Assembly: GCA_963783375.1 (NCBI GenBank)
Contig: CAWANH010000029.1
Coordinates: 1-64,000, forward strand
From: Candidatus Eiseniibacteriota bacterium
GTDB taxonomy: Bacteria; Eisenbacteria; RBG-16-71-46; JABDJR01
DNA: 64,000 nt
Direction of reading: 5' to 3'
Shown here: positions 47,263 through 57,517 of the stretch, in pieces
How positions within the stretch are numbered: the stretch's first letter is position 1
Layout: every line of letters begins with the position of its first letter
Notes under the pieces: generated by a model
Databases searched by the model: none
Seen by the model: only the letters and a program-made list of their open reading frames with translations
Told to the model about the DNA's origin: nothing
Program-made: the position numbers and the translations under genes

Positions 47263-48137
47263 CCGTGGCCGGGCGCATGCGCGTGATTCGCTCCCCCGGT
47301 GCGGTGCGGCGGCAGGTCCGGACCTGGCGGGCCGCCGGCGATCGCATCGCGTTCGTACCCACCATGGGCTACTTCCACGAAGGGCACCTGAGCCTCTTCC
47401 GAAGGGCCCGGAGGCACGGCGGCCGGGTGGTGGCGAGCATCTTCGTCAACCCCGCCCAGTTCGGTCCCCGCGAAGACTTCCGCACCTATCCCCGGGACCT
47501 TTCCCGGGACCTCGATCTGGCCCGCGCCGAAGGGGTCGACCTCTGCTTCGTGCCCGAAGCCGAGCGCATGTATCCCGCCGGCCACCGCACCGAGGTTCAT
47601 GTAACCGGCTTCGAGGACGTGCTGGAGGGAGCCACCCGCCCCGGACACTTCGGTGGGGTGGCCCTGGTGGTCCTGAAGCTCCTCCACCTGGTGGAGCCCG
47701 ACGTCATGGTTCTGGGCCAGAAGGACGCCCAGCAGGCGGTGGTGCTGGAGAGGATGATCGCCGACCTCGATGTTCCGGTCCGGGTGGTGCGCGGGGCGAT
47801 CGTGCGCGAGCCCGACGGGCTGGCCATGTCGAGCCGCAATGTGTACCTCTCCCCGGAGGAGCGGCGGGCGGCCACCGTGCTCCGGCGCGCTCTCATCCGG
47901 GTGGTTCGCACGGCGGGGGAAGGGGAGCGCTCGGCGGCCCGGCTCCTGGCCCTGGTGCGGGAGGAGTTCGCCGGCGAGCCCCTGGCGCGCCTGGACTACG
48001 CCGCGGTGGTGGACGCCCGGAGCCTCGCCCCGGTGAAGCGTCTCGAGGGACGAACGCTCGTGCCCCTGGCCGCCTGGCTCGGCCGCACCCGCCTGATCGA
48101 CAACGTTGAGCTCGCGGCGCCGGGGGAGGGACGATGA
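47259..48137 (+). CDS. panC: Pantoate-beta-alanine ligase
   Basis: FVPTMGYFHEGH; SIFVNPAQF; RPGHF; GQKDAQQ; GLAMSSRN; RLIDN. Confidence 0.97.
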   Translation: MTVAGRMRVIRSPGAVRRQVRTWRAAGDRIAFVPTMGYFHEGHLSLFRRARRHGGRVVASIFVNPAQFGPREDFRTYPRDLSRDLDLARAEGVDLCFVPEAERMYPAGHRTEVHVTGFEDVLEGATRPGHFGGVALVVLKLLHLVEPDVMVLGQKDAQQAVVLERMIADLDVPVRVVRGAIVREPDGLAMSSRNVYLSPEERRAATVLRRALIRVVRTAGEGERSAARLLALVREEFAGEPLARLDYAAVVDARSLAPVKRLEGRTLVPLAAWLGRTRLIDNVELAAPGEGR

Positions 48138-48880
48138 GCCTCCGTCCGGGCACCGCCGCCCTGGTCCTCGCCGCGGGGAAGGGCACCCGCATGCGGTCGG
48201 ACCTGGCCAAGGTGCTCTTTCCCCTTCGGGGCCGCCCCCTCATCCGGTTCGTGCTGGATGCCGTGGCGGGGGCGGGCTTCGAGCGCACCGTGGTCATCGT
48301 CGGCCACCAGGCGGAACGGGTGCGGGAGGCGGTGGCCGGCCCCTCGATGCAGTTCGCGCTCCAGTCCGAGCAGCTGGGGACCGGGCATGCCGTGCAGTGC
48401 GCGGCCCCCCTTCTCGCCGGGTTCGAGGGCGACGTCGCGGTGCTGGCCGGGGACGCGCCGCTCATCCGATCGCGCACCCTCGGTGAGCTCATGGATCGTC
48501 ACCGGGAGTCGGGCGCCGCGGTCACCGTGCTCACTGCGCGCCTTCCCGACCCCGCCGGCTACGGCCGCATCGTACGGGATGCGTCGGGAGGCATCACCGC
48601 CATCGTCGAGGACAAGGACTGCACCCCGGCCCAGCGGAAGATCGACGAGATCAACTCCAGCATTTACGCTTTTCGCTGGCCGTACCTGGCCCGGGCCCTT
48701 CCCCACCTCCGGAACGAGAACCGGCAGGGGGAGTACTACCTTACCGACACGGTCGGGATGGCCTTCGTCGAGGGCCTGCGGGTCGAGGGGATCGTGGTCG
48801 GGGACCACCACGAGGTCGCCGGGATCAACACCCCCGATCAGCTGGCCGATGCCGAACGGATCCTGGAGGAACGAGCATGA
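48134..48880 (+). CDS. Stand-alone GlmU N-terminal-like sugar-phosphate uridylyltransferase
   Basis: LAAGKGTRMRS; QLGTGHAV; GYGRI; EYYLTD. Ends after GIN with no hexapeptide acetyltransferase domain. Confidence 0.88.
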   Translation: MSLRPGTAALVLAAGKGTRMRSDLAKVLFPLRGRPLIRFVLDAVAGAGFERTVVIVGHQAERVREAVAGPSMQFALQSEQLGTGHAVQCAAPLLAGFEGDVAVLAGDAPLIRSRTLGELMDRHRESGAAVTVLTARLPDPAGYGRIVRDASGGITAIVEDKDCTPAQRKIDEINSSIYAFRWPYLARALPHLRNENRQGEYYLTDTVGMAFVEGLRVEGIVVGDHHEVAGINTPDQLADAERILEERA

Positions 48881-48922
48881 GTGACCGGCTTGGGATGGTT
48901 CGCCGCGTCCGGGGGCGCCGTC

Positions 48923-49486
48923 ATGACTGACCGTCTGTGGGCGGGCTGGCGCATGCAGTACATTCGTGACGCGAACCGCCGTCGCGCGGACGCCGCCGGC
49001 GAAGCCGGGACGGCCGCCCCCTGCCTGTTCTGCGGCCTGGCCGGCCGCGAACCCGCGGTGGAGAACCTCGTGCTCGAAACCTACGAGCGGTCGTTCCTCA
49101 TGCTGAACGCCTTCCCCTATACCACCGGCCACATCATGGTGGCCTCCCGCCGCCACGACGATTCGCTCCTGGGCGAGGGAGCGGAGGAGCGGTCGGAGAT
49201 CATGGCCGCGGTGGAGCGGGCGCGCCGGGCGCTGGCCGCCGAGTACCGGCCCGACGGGTTCAACCTGGGGGTGAACCTGGGGCTCCCCGCGGGCGCCGGA
49301 GTGCCGGGGCATCTCCACTGGCACGTCGTGCCCCGCTGGACCGGGGACACCAACTTCATGCCCGCGTTGATGGAGACGCGGGTGATCCCCGAGGCGCTTC
49401 CGGACACCTATGCCCGGCTGGCCGGGGCGCTCTCGCGGATGGAGGCGGCGGGGCTTCGGGTGACGGGTCGCGGTCGTGCCTCGTAG
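48923..49486 (+). CDS. HIT-family hydrolase (Ap4A hydrolase/phosphorylase-like)
   Basis: LWAGWRMQYI; CLFC; LNAFPYTTGH; HLHWHVVPRW. Confidence 0.92.
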   Translation: MTDRLWAGWRMQYIRDANRRRADAAGEAGTAAPCLFCGLAGREPAVENLVLETYERSFLMLNAFPYTTGHIMVASRRHDDSLLGEGAEERSEIMAAVERARRALAAEYRPDGFNLGVNLGLPAGAGVPGHLHWHVVPRWTGDTNFMPALMETRVIPEALPDTYARLAGALSRMEAAGLRVTGRGRAS

Positions 49487-49895
49487 GCGTCGGCGGGCCA
49501 ATACCGTGACCCTGGTCGCGGTGCTCATCGTCGGCGCCGTGCTGGGCGCGGTGGCGTTGAGCGTCTTCCTCCGGGCCCGCGAACCCGGTGCGCCCCCGGC
49601 GGGGGCCCCCGATCTCCGGGTGGAGGTCCTGAACGGCTGCGGGATGGAGCGGGTGGCCGACCGGGTGGCCTCGTTGCTCCGGCGGGGGGGATTCCGGGTG
49701 GAGAACGTGGGAAACGCCGACCATTTCCACTACCGCCAGGACATCGTGGTGGCGCGGACGGTGAGCCGGGAGCGCGCGGAGATCCTGGGGCGGTGGCTGG
49801 ACGGGGCGGTGGTGGTGGAGCAGCGGATCCCCGGATATCCCTACGATGTCTCGGTGATCGTGGGAAAGCCCCACTCCCTGGTCTCGGAGCCCTGA
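49476..49895 (+). CDS. Membrane-anchored LytR C-terminal domain protein
   Basis: N-terminal TM segment; VEVLNGCG...VGNAD...DVSVIVG. Confidence 0.85.
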   Translation: MPRRRRRANTVTLVAVLIVGAVLGAVALSVFLRAREPGAPPAGAPDLRVEVLNGCGMERVADRVASLLRRGGFRVENVGNADHFHYRQDIVVARTVSRERAEILGRWLDGAVVVEQRIPGYPYDVSVIVGKPHSLVSEP

Positions 49896-49932
49896 TTCCC
49901 GCGTTCCCCGCCCGTCCGCGACGGGCCGGCGG

Positions 49933-51765
49933 CTAGGACGTGCGGTAGTCCTCGATCTTCGCCTTCTTCCGGATGTCCCCCAACCAGGCGCTGTAGAACT
50001 GGTTCTGCTTCTGGGTGAGCAGGGTCTGCCGGAGCTGATCCTTCTGCTTGTCGAACTCGGCCCAGTCCACGTCCGGCCGCGCGTCCACCCGGAGGATCAC
50101 CCAGCCCCGGAGGGTCTTGATCGGTTCGCTCACCTGGCCCACCGGGAGGCCGAACGCGGCTCCCACCACCTCGGGATCCCGCCCCAGGCCGGGGACGCCG
50201 CTCTGTTGGGTGAACTCGGGCGATTCGGTCACTTGAAGGGATTCGGCCTGGGCGGCCTGGGCCAGATCCTCGCCCGATTTGATCTGCGCCTCGACGCGGT
50301 CGGCGACCGCCCTGGCCGCGGTGAGCCGGCGGTCGCGGAGGATGTCGTTCTTCACCCGGTCCTTGACCTCGTCCAGCGGGGCCACCCCGGCCGGCTTGGA
50401 GGAGGCGATCTGCACCACGTACCAGGCGTTGTTGGTGGCCAGGATCCGGCTCAGCGTTCCCACCGGGTTGTCGTGGGCGAAGGCGGTGATCTGGGGGATG
50501 GAGGCCAGGCCGGGGACGATCCCGGTCGGGGTCACGTCCTTGGCTTCCCGCACCTGGAGCCCGTGGTCCTCGGCCGCTTTGGCCAGGTCCGAGGACTGGG
50601 CCTCCTGGTGGACGGTCTCCAGCTGGTCCTGGACCGCGCTCACCGTGCTGTCCGAGGGGGCGATGCGCATGGCCAGATCGCGAATCTCGTAGGTGGGCTC
50701 GCTCTTCTCCTCCTTCGTGTCCACCAGCTGGACGATGTGGTAGAAGCTCCCGTCCTGGTAGGGCGCGCTCACGCCGCCCTTGTCCAGCCCTTGCACCGCC
50801 TGCCGCAGCGGCAGGGACATCTCGGCCGGAGTGAGAAAGCCCGCACTCAGGCCCCCTTTGTCGGCGTTGGGTCCCTGGGAGAAGGTCTGGGCCAGGATAT
50901 CGAAGGTGCTGTGCTCGACGTCGGATTCCCCCTCGCTCTTGGAACGCTCCGCAGCCCGGGCCTCGACGGCCAGGTCCCTCAGGTCCTGGAGGATGGAAGC
51001 GGAGTCGGCGGCGGTGGCCACCCGGGGCACGGTCACGTACTGGAGGTCCACCCGCTCGGGGACCCGGTAGTCGTCCTGATGGTCCTGGTACCAGGCGGCG
51101 ATTTCCTCGTCCGTGACGTTCGGATCGGCCTGGAATCGGGAAGCCTCAACCACCGTGTAGGTCACCTTGGCCTTCTGGCTCCGGTCGGCGTAGGCGTTCC
51201 GGAGCTCGTCGTCGGTCACCTTGACCGAGGCGGTGATGATCTCCTGCAGCTTCTGCAGCGGCAGGTCGCGTCGCACCAGGTTCTCGATCTGCACCAGGGT
51301 GTTTTCGGGGACCGAGGGGTCGTTCAGGAAGGACCGGTACGCGGCCATGTCGAACTGGCCCTGCTGGTTCCGGAAGCTCGGGTTCTGGGTGATGAAGGGG
51401 GGCGGGTTGTTGTAGAGGATCGAGCGCACCTCGCTGTCCTTGGCCCCGAGGTTCCGCTTCTCGGCCTGCTGCCGAAGGAGCTTCCGCGCCACGATGTTGC
51501 TCCAGGTCTGCTCCGCGATGATGAGTTCGTCGGAAGGCTGGAGATCCCGCCCGCCCTGGCGCGCGGATTCCCGGTTTTGCGCCAGCTCCTGCTGGTACTC
51601 CATCACGGTGATCGGTTCGCCGTTCACCATGCCCACGGAGCCCTGCGGGGCGTTGTGTCCTCCGAACTGGAGGTCGGCCCCCCAGACCAGGAAGATGAGG
51701 AGCACGAAACTGATGACGGTGATCCAGAGGATCACCTTGGTGTTGCGACGCAGAATGTCGAGCAT
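49933..51765 (-). CDS. PpiD/SurA-like peptidyl-prolyl isomerase chaperone
   Basis: N-terminal TM MLDILRRNTKVILWI; VNGEPIT; parvulin-like SQGP..KGG, GVSAP..HIV, GQVSEPIKT. Confidence 0.85.
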   Translation of the reverse strand: MLDILRRNTKVILWITVISFVLLIFLVWGADLQFGGHNAPQGSVGMVNGEPITVMEYQQELAQNRESARQGGRDLQPSDELIIAEQTWSNIVARKLLRQQAEKRNLGAKDSEVRSILYNNPPPFITQNPSFRNQQGQFDMAAYRSFLNDPSVPENTLVQIENLVRRDLPLQKLQEIITASVKVTDDELRNAYADRSQKAKVTYTVVEASRFQADPNVTDEEIAAWYQDHQDDYRVPERVDLQYVTVPRVATAADSASILQDLRDLAVEARAAERSKSEGESDVEHSTFDILAQTFSQGPNADKGGLSAGFLTPAEMSLPLRQAVQGLDKGGVSAPYQDGSFYHIVQLVDTKEEKSEPTYEIRDLAMRIAPSDSTVSAVQDQLETVHQEAQSSDLAKAAEDHGLQVREAKDVTPTGIVPGLASIPQITAFAHDNPVGTLSRILATNNAWYVVQIASSKPAGVAPLDEVKDRVKNDILRDRRLTAARAVADRVEAQIKSGEDLAQAAQAESLQVTESPEFTQQSGVPGLGRDPEVVGAAFGLPVGQVSEPIKTLRGWVILRVDARPDVDWAEFDKQKDQLRQTLLTQKQNQFYSAWLGDIRKKAKIEDYRTS

Positions 51766-52026
51766 CGAGGGAACTCTCCTGTAGCTGGATGGCGCGTGAC
51801 CGGTCGCCACGGAATGACCGTTGGCGTCGGCGCCGCCGCCTCAGGCGAAGAACCCTGAGGCTAGAGACGGAGCCAAAAACAATAGCAGACCCCGGGAGGG
51901 CGAACAAGAGCCTCCGGAGGGGCGGTCCGGAGGCCGGGAGGCCGAATCCAGCCCAGAAGGGCTTGCGCCCGCCCCCCCTTCCCCACGAAGATTGTCCCAC
52001 ACGTTCCCGGGAGGTCCGTTACCGGT

Positions 52027-53295
52027 TTGTCCGCACCGACTTTGGTACTCATCGTGGGCTTCGTGGCCCTCTTGGCCCTCTCGGGGACCTTCTCCGGAAG
52101 CGAGACCGCGCTCTTTTCCCTGGATCGGATCCAGCTTCGCCGGTTCGAGAGGTCCGCCTCCCGGCGGGAGCGCCTGGTGGCGGCGGTGGCCGCCCGCCCC
52201 GAACGGCTCCTGGCCGGAATTCTCTTCGGCAACACCCTGGTGAACGTGGCCGGTTCCAGCGTCATGCTGGCCATCGTCCGCCGGCTCCACGACCATTTCT
52301 GGGGCCTGGATCCGGTATCGACCTCGGTGGTCCTGGCCAGCGGGGTCATCCTCCTCCTGGGGGAGATCCTCCCCAAGGGCCTGGCCGTCCACTGGCCCAC
52401 CTGGTTCGCGCCGTTCTTCATTCCCGTTCTGGCCCCGATCCTCAAGATCTTGGCCCCGGCTACGGGGCTCCTGGAGCGGGCGGCCCTGGGGTTCCTGGGC
52501 ACCCTGGGGGAGCAACCGGGGGTGAGCCTGGGGCGGCGCGAGCTCCAGGTCCTCTTCGAGGACATCCAGGCCGGCAAGGAGATCACCGAGGACGAGGGGG
52601 AGATCGCGGCCAACATCTTCGAGTTCTTCGAGACCCGGGCCCACGAGATCATGACCCCCCGGGTGGATCTGGCCGGCGTGCCGGTGGACATCTCCCGCGC
52701 CGAGCTTCGCGACCGGGTGGTGGAGGCCCGCCACAGCCGGCTCCCGGTTTACCGCGACACCCTCGACCAGATCGTGGGCTTCATCAACACCAAGGAGTTC
52801 CTTCTCGATCCCGACCTTCCCCTGGATGCGCTGCTCCGGCCGGTTCACTTCGTGCCGGAACGGGCCCGGCTGCACCGGGTCCTGGCCGATGTCCAGGCCC
52901 GGCGTCTGAACCTCGTGGTGGTGGTGAACGAGTACGGGGGCACCGCCGGCCTCATCACCAAGGAGGACCTGGTGGAGACGGTGGTGGGGGAGATCTTCGA
53001 CGAGCTGGAGCCGGACCAGGCCCCGCCCCTGGAGCCGTTGGAGGACGACACCTGGCGGGTGGATGGGCTCTATCCCCTCGACGACCTGGCCGGGGAGATC
53101 GCGGTCCGGCTGCCCCCGGGGCCGGTCCAGACCGTGGCCGGCCACGTGGCCCATCTCCTCGGCCGCCCGCCCCGCCCGGGCGACGCGGTCACCGACGGGC
53201 CGGTCATCTACCGCGTGCTCTCGGTCCGGCGCCACCGGGCGCACCGGATCCTGGTCCGGGTGAGACGCCACCGGCCCGAAGAGGGGCGGCCGTGA
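52027..53295 (+). CDS. CNNM/CorC (TlyC) family CBS-domain membrane protein
   Basis: FSGSETALFSL; GNTLVN; GEILPK; IMTPRVD; VNEYGGTAG. Confidence 0.9.
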   Translation: MSAPTLVLIVGFVALLALSGTFSGSETALFSLDRIQLRRFERSASRRERLVAAVAARPERLLAGILFGNTLVNVAGSSVMLAIVRRLHDHFWGLDPVSTSVVLASGVILLLGEILPKGLAVHWPTWFAPFFIPVLAPILKILAPATGLLERAALGFLGTLGEQPGVSLGRRELQVLFEDIQAGKEITEDEGEIAANIFEFFETRAHEIMTPRVDLAGVPVDISRAELRDRVVEARHSRLPVYRDTLDQIVGFINTKEFLLDPDLPLDALLRPVHFVPERARLHRVLADVQARRLNLVVVVNEYGGTAGLITKEDLVETVVGEIFDELEPDQAPPLEPLEDDTWRVDGLYPLDDLAGEIAVRLPPGPVQTVAGHVAHLLGRPPRPGDAVTDGPVIYRVLSVRRHRAHRILVRVRRHRPEEGRP

Positions 53296-53296
53296 C

Positions 53297-54526
53297 ATGA
53301 TCCCGTTCCTGATCGTGCTCGCGGTGCTCGGATCGGCCCTCTTCGCCGGGCTGGAGACGGGCGTGGTCTCGCTGAACCGCATCCGGCTTCGCGTGCGGGC
53401 CCGGCGGGGAGACGCTCCGGCCGCCCGGCTGCTCCAACTTCTCCAGCGCCCGGAGCGGGTGCTGTCCACCTTCCTGGTGGGGAACACCCTCTGCAATGTG
53501 GGGGGCGGGGCCCTGGCCAGCTACTGGGCCGTGCAGGGCCTCCGGCTCGGGGAAACCGCAGGCTCGCTCGCCGCCACCGCGGGCATGACCGCGATCTTCC
53601 TGGTGTTTTCCGAGCTCGGGCCCAAGGCCTACTTCCGGGTGCGCGCCGAAGACGCGGTGCCGCGGTTCCTCTGGTTCATCCGCATCGTCACCGTCGTCCT
53701 GGCCCCGATCGAGTGGGTCTCCTCCGCGTTCCTGCACCTCCTGATCGGGCGATCCGGGAAGAGCGCGTTCGTGAGCCGGGAGGAGCTCCGGCAACTCGTG
53801 CGGGAGGCGCGGGAGCGGCTCGGCACCGGTCAGCAGCGGATGCTGGAGAGCATCTTCGACTTCGGTCACACCGTGGCCCGCGAGGTCATGATCCCGCTCC
53901 CCGAGGTCGTATCGCTCCCCGAGTCGGCCTCGGTGGAGGAGCTGTTCGAGCTGGTCCGCCTCCGCCGCTACACCCGCATTCCGCTCTACCGGGACCGGGT
54001 GGACGCGATCGTGGGCCTGGTGAACGTGTTCGACGTCCTCTACGATCGGGAGCAGGCTCCGCGGGTGGCCGCCTACCGCCGGGACATCCACATCGTGCCC
54101 GAGACCTCCCTCGTCCACCGGATCCTGGTGGAGCTTCAGCACCGGCGGGAGACCATGGCCCTGGTGGTGAACGAGTTCGGCGCCTGCACCGGCATCGTCA
54201 CCGTGGAGGACATCGTCGAGGAGATCATGGGGGAGCTGGTCGACGAACATGAGGAGCTGACCCACCCCATCCAGAAGGTGAGCGACGGCTACGTGGTGGA
54301 CGCCGCGCTCGACATCGACGACCTGAACGAGGAGATGGGTCTCTCGTTGGCCAAGGACCGGTTCGACACCTTGGGGGGGCTGGTGCTCCGGAGGCTCGGG
54401 CGCATTCCGGGGGTGGGCGAACGCGTGAAAGTCGGTAATCTGGAGATCGAGGTGGTGGCCGTCCACCCCTACGGGTTGAAGCGGGTCAAGATTCGTCTCC
54501 TTGAAGGAGGGCCGGGAGAAAAGTGA
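53297..54526 (+). CDS. CNNM/CorC (TlyC) family CBS-domain membrane protein (paralog)
   Basis: FAGLETG; LVGNT; SELGPK; VNEFG..GIVTVEDIVEEIMGE. Confidence 0.9.
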   Translation: MIPFLIVLAVLGSALFAGLETGVVSLNRIRLRVRARRGDAPAARLLQLLQRPERVLSTFLVGNTLCNVGGGALASYWAVQGLRLGETAGSLAATAGMTAIFLVFSELGPKAYFRVRAEDAVPRFLWFIRIVTVVLAPIEWVSSAFLHLLIGRSGKSAFVSREELRQLVREARERLGTGQQRMLESIFDFGHTVAREVMIPLPEVVSLPESASVEELFELVRLRRYTRIPLYRDRVDAIVGLVNVFDVLYDREQAPRVAAYRRDIHIVPETSLVHRILVELQHRRETMALVVNEFGACTGIVTVEDIVEEIMGELVDEHEELTHPIQKVSDGYVVDAALDIDDLNEEMGLSLAKDRFDTLGGLVLRRLGRIPGVGERVKVGNLEIEVVAVHPYGLKRVKIRLLEGGPGEK

Positions 54527-57477
54527 GGGGTCGCCGTCGGGTTTCAGTTCGTCGGGCTCGTTCGTTCTTCGCGGTGATGGGCGTCGCTTGGCTCTCGCTC
54601 GTCGCCGGCGCCGCCTTGGCGCTGGAGGACGCCCCGGCGCCCCCGCGCTCGCCGCGCCCGGGGGTGGGGCCGGAGCCCTGGGCGGACTTCCGTCCCACCG
54701 AGCGTCCGGTCACCGGGTTCGTTCCGCTGAGCGGCGCGGTGGCGCCGTCGGTCTGGGAGGGATGGATCCGGGCGTCGGCATCCCCCGGGGCGCCCCGGCC
54801 CGCGTCGGGACCGACCGGAGCCGGGGTAGCCGCGTCCCGGTCCGCCGCATCGCCGGCCGGGGCCGCGTTTCTCGATCGGGAGCGCCCGGCGTTCCGGGAT
54901 GCGTGGGAGGCCGCGCTGGCCGCCGCCCGCCGGAACGACCCCGCCGGCGTGCGTCGTGCCCTGGCCGGGGCCGAGCCGTCCACCGCGGAAGGGGCGCAGC
55001 GCGAGGCCCGCCTCGCCTTCGCGGCCGCGGTGGCTGCGGAGGACCGCGCCGCCGCCGACTCGGTCTTCTATCGCATCTCCTGGGACGACGCCGGCCGCAC
55101 CGGGGCCCGGCTCGCCGCCTGGCGCGCCCTCGAGGAGGGAAATTTCTCCGAGGCGGCCCGGGTGCTGGCCGGCCTCTCCGCTCCCACGTCGGGGGAGCGG
55201 GCCGCCGCCGCCCTGGCTCGCTGGAGCGCCGATCCGTCGCGACCGGACGATTCGCTGTTCGGGGTGGAAGCGGGGGGCGCCGCCGGAACGGCCCTGGCCA
55301 TGGCCCGGGCGCGGAGCGCGCTCATCCGAGGCGATTTTCCCGCCGCGCGGGACGCCCTCGCCGGGATCGACACCGCCGCGGCGCCGGAGACCTGGCGGCC
55401 GACCCTGGCACTTCTCCGGGCCCGCACCCGGACCGGAGAGACGGAAACCCCCGCCGGGGCCGGGGAGGACGCGACCGCCTACCACGAGGCGGCGCAGGCC
55501 TTCGTGGAACAGGACCTCCGGCGGGCGGGCGAGCTTCTCGATCGCTGGCTGGTGAGCTTTCCCGCCTCGCCCTACCGTCCGCAGGCGTACCTGTTGCGAG
55601 GCGGGGTCCGGCTCGCCCAAGGGGAGGTCGCTCGCGCCGCGGACGATCTCACGGTGGCCGAGCGAAGCGGCGGGGGAGAGACCGCGGAACGCGCGCGGCT
55701 GGCCCGGGCGTTTCTGCTCGCCCAGCGAAATCGCGGCGGGGAGGGGCTTCGGCTCTTCGAGGCGGTGCAGGCCGGACCGCTGGGCGCAGACGCCGAGCCC
55801 GAGCTCCTGTTCGACCGCGCGCGCCTGGCCCGCCTCCTCGGGGACGACTCCACCACCGTCCGCGTCCGCCTGGAGTTGGAGGAAGGGTATCCGGACGCGC
55901 CCTGGGCGGTTCGGGTCGAGTCGGACACCGAGGCCTCGAAGTGGCGCGCACCATGGCCGGCGCTTCCACCCGAGCCGGCGGGAGCGCGGACCGTGCCCGC
56001 CCCCCGGGGCGGTCCGATCGGAGCGCTTCTGTGGGGGGAGGCCGAGCTTCCCCGCGCCGCCGGGCGGCTGAGCGTGTCCGCGTCGGCGCCGGCTTCATCC
56101 TCCACGCCGGCGGTTCCGCCCCCGGGGGTGATGGCGACCTCGACTCCGTCCGCGGCCCCCTCCGGAAACCGGCCCCGCCTCTTCGGCGGAGTGGCGGGCG
56201 GGGGACCCGCCGCGGTGCTCCTGGAAGGCGCGGGCGGGGGACGTGTGGGCGGACTCCTCTATCGGGGATGGCTGTCCCGGGTTCTCTCCTCCCAGCCGGA
56301 TCACCTTCCCGATCTCCGCCGCACCGACGGCGAAGGCGCCCTGGGATGGCGGGACGGGAGCGCGCGGCTCGACCTGGCCGGCGAGGGAGCCTGGCGCCAC
56401 GACGACCCCGCCGGCGGGGTCGGGCTCACGGGCCGGGGGGTGACCGCATCCTGGAAGGGGGTTCGGGGAAACGCGGCCTACGACCCGGGGGGATCCGTCC
56501 GCGGTTCGGGGTACGTGGCCTGGGCTCGCGGAGCCCTCGACACCACCGGGAACCGCAACTGGCGCACCGACCAGGTCTTCTTCGGCGCTTCCGGCGTCGC
56601 GAGCCGGGGCGGTGTCCGATGGAGCGGACGCCTGGACGTCGGCCGACTCGACCAGCGGCAGCCCGACTTCGAGCCGTTCCGGTACTGGTACCGGGATCTC
56701 CGGGTGGCCCGTCGCGCCCCCGGAGGCTGGTACCTGGGTGGCCGGCTCTCCGCCTATCACGATCGCGCCCTGTTGATGCCGGTGGCCGGGGTGGAGCGGG
56801 GCCTGGGCTCGGGGTGGACGGCCTGGGCGGCCACCGAACCCGGCATGGAGCTTCCCGCATTCGACCGCACCTTCGTCCGGGACGGCGATTGGAACGTTCC
56901 GGATCTCAGCCTCCCCGCGGAACGGCGCGACCTGGATCTTCGCGGGGGGATCCGCTGGCGCGGCTTCGGGGCCGACTCCGCCGGGGTACGGGTGGAAGCG
57001 TTCCACGCCGGCTCCTACCGGACCTGGAGCCGGGTGAACGGCGTGTTCGCCGAACGGGCGCTGGACGGAGCCACCGGGTCCCGGCTTATCTTCACCGGAG
57101 GAACGGGGGGTGGGACGGCGCGCCTCTCCGGGCGGCTGGCCGTTCAGAGCATCCGCTCCGGTGGCCGCGACGTACCCTACGTTCCCCGCGCGGAAGGCCG
57201 GCTGGAACTGGCGGTGGCCTCGCGGGGTTGGCAGGGTCACGTGGCCGCGCTGGCCGAGGGGGGACGCAAGGAGGAGGCGGGAACGAGCTACGGCTCTTTC
57301 CTGCGCTTCGACCTCGGGGTGGCCTATCGCCTCGAGGAAGGGGATCTTCCCTTCGGCGCCCGGTGGGTGGAGCTGACGATCCGGGTGCGAAACCTCACCG
57401 ACCAGGCCGACCGCCGTTGGCCCGGGGTGCCGGGCGCCGGCATCGGAGTCTACGGGGGCGTCCAGGCGCTGTACTAG
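54523..57477 (+). CDS. TPR-containing protein fused to an outer-membrane beta-barrel (TonB-dependent-receptor-like C-terminus)
   Basis: Signal-like N-terminus; TPR motifs SFPASPY and YPDAPW; Pro/Ser linker; alternating-aromatic strands; ends NLTDQ...W...GIGVYGGVQALY. Confidence 0.6.
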   Translation: MRGRRRVSVRRARSFFAVMGVAWLSLVAGAALALEDAPAPPRSPRPGVGPEPWADFRPTERPVTGFVPLSGAVAPSVWEGWIRASASPGAPRPASGPTGAGVAASRSAASPAGAAFLDRERPAFRDAWEAALAAARRNDPAGVRRALAGAEPSTAEGAQREARLAFAAAVAAEDRAAADSVFYRISWDDAGRTGARLAAWRALEEGNFSEAARVLAGLSAPTSGERAAAALARWSADPSRPDDSLFGVEAGGAAGTALAMARARSALIRGDFPAARDALAGIDTAAAPETWRPTLALLRARTRTGETETPAGAGEDATAYHEAAQAFVEQDLRRAGELLDRWLVSFPASPYRPQAYLLRGGVRLAQGEVARAADDLTVAERSGGGETAERARLARAFLLAQRNRGGEGLRLFEAVQAGPLGADAEPELLFDRARLARLLGDDSTTVRVRLELEEGYPDAPWAVRVESDTEASKWRAPWPALPPEPAGARTVPAPRGGPIGALLWGEAELPRAAGRLSVSASAPASSSTPAVPPPGVMATSTPSAAPSGNRPRLFGGVAGGGPAAVLLEGAGGGRVGGLLYRGWLSRVLSSQPDHLPDLRRTDGEGALGWRDGSARLDLAGEGAWRHDDPAGGVGLTGRGVTASWKGVRGNAAYDPGGSVRGSGYVAWARGALDTTGNRNWRTDQVFFGASGVASRGGVRWSGRLDVGRLDQRQPDFEPFRYWYRDLRVARRAPGGWYLGGRLSAYHDRALLMPVAGVERGLGSGWTAWAATEPGMELPAFDRTFVRDGDWNVPDLSLPAERRDLDLRGGIRWRGFGADSAGVRVEAFHAGSYRTWSRVNGVFAERALDGATGSRLIFTGGTGGGTARLSGRLAVQSIRSGGRDVPYVPRAEGRLELAVASRGWQGHVAALAEGGRKEEAGTSYGSFLRFDLGVAYRLEEGDLPFGARWVELTIRVRNLTDQADRRWPGVPGAGIGVYGGVQALY

Positions 57478-57517
57478 TTCGGCAGATCGATCTCACACGG
57501 CTTATCACGGAGGGCTC

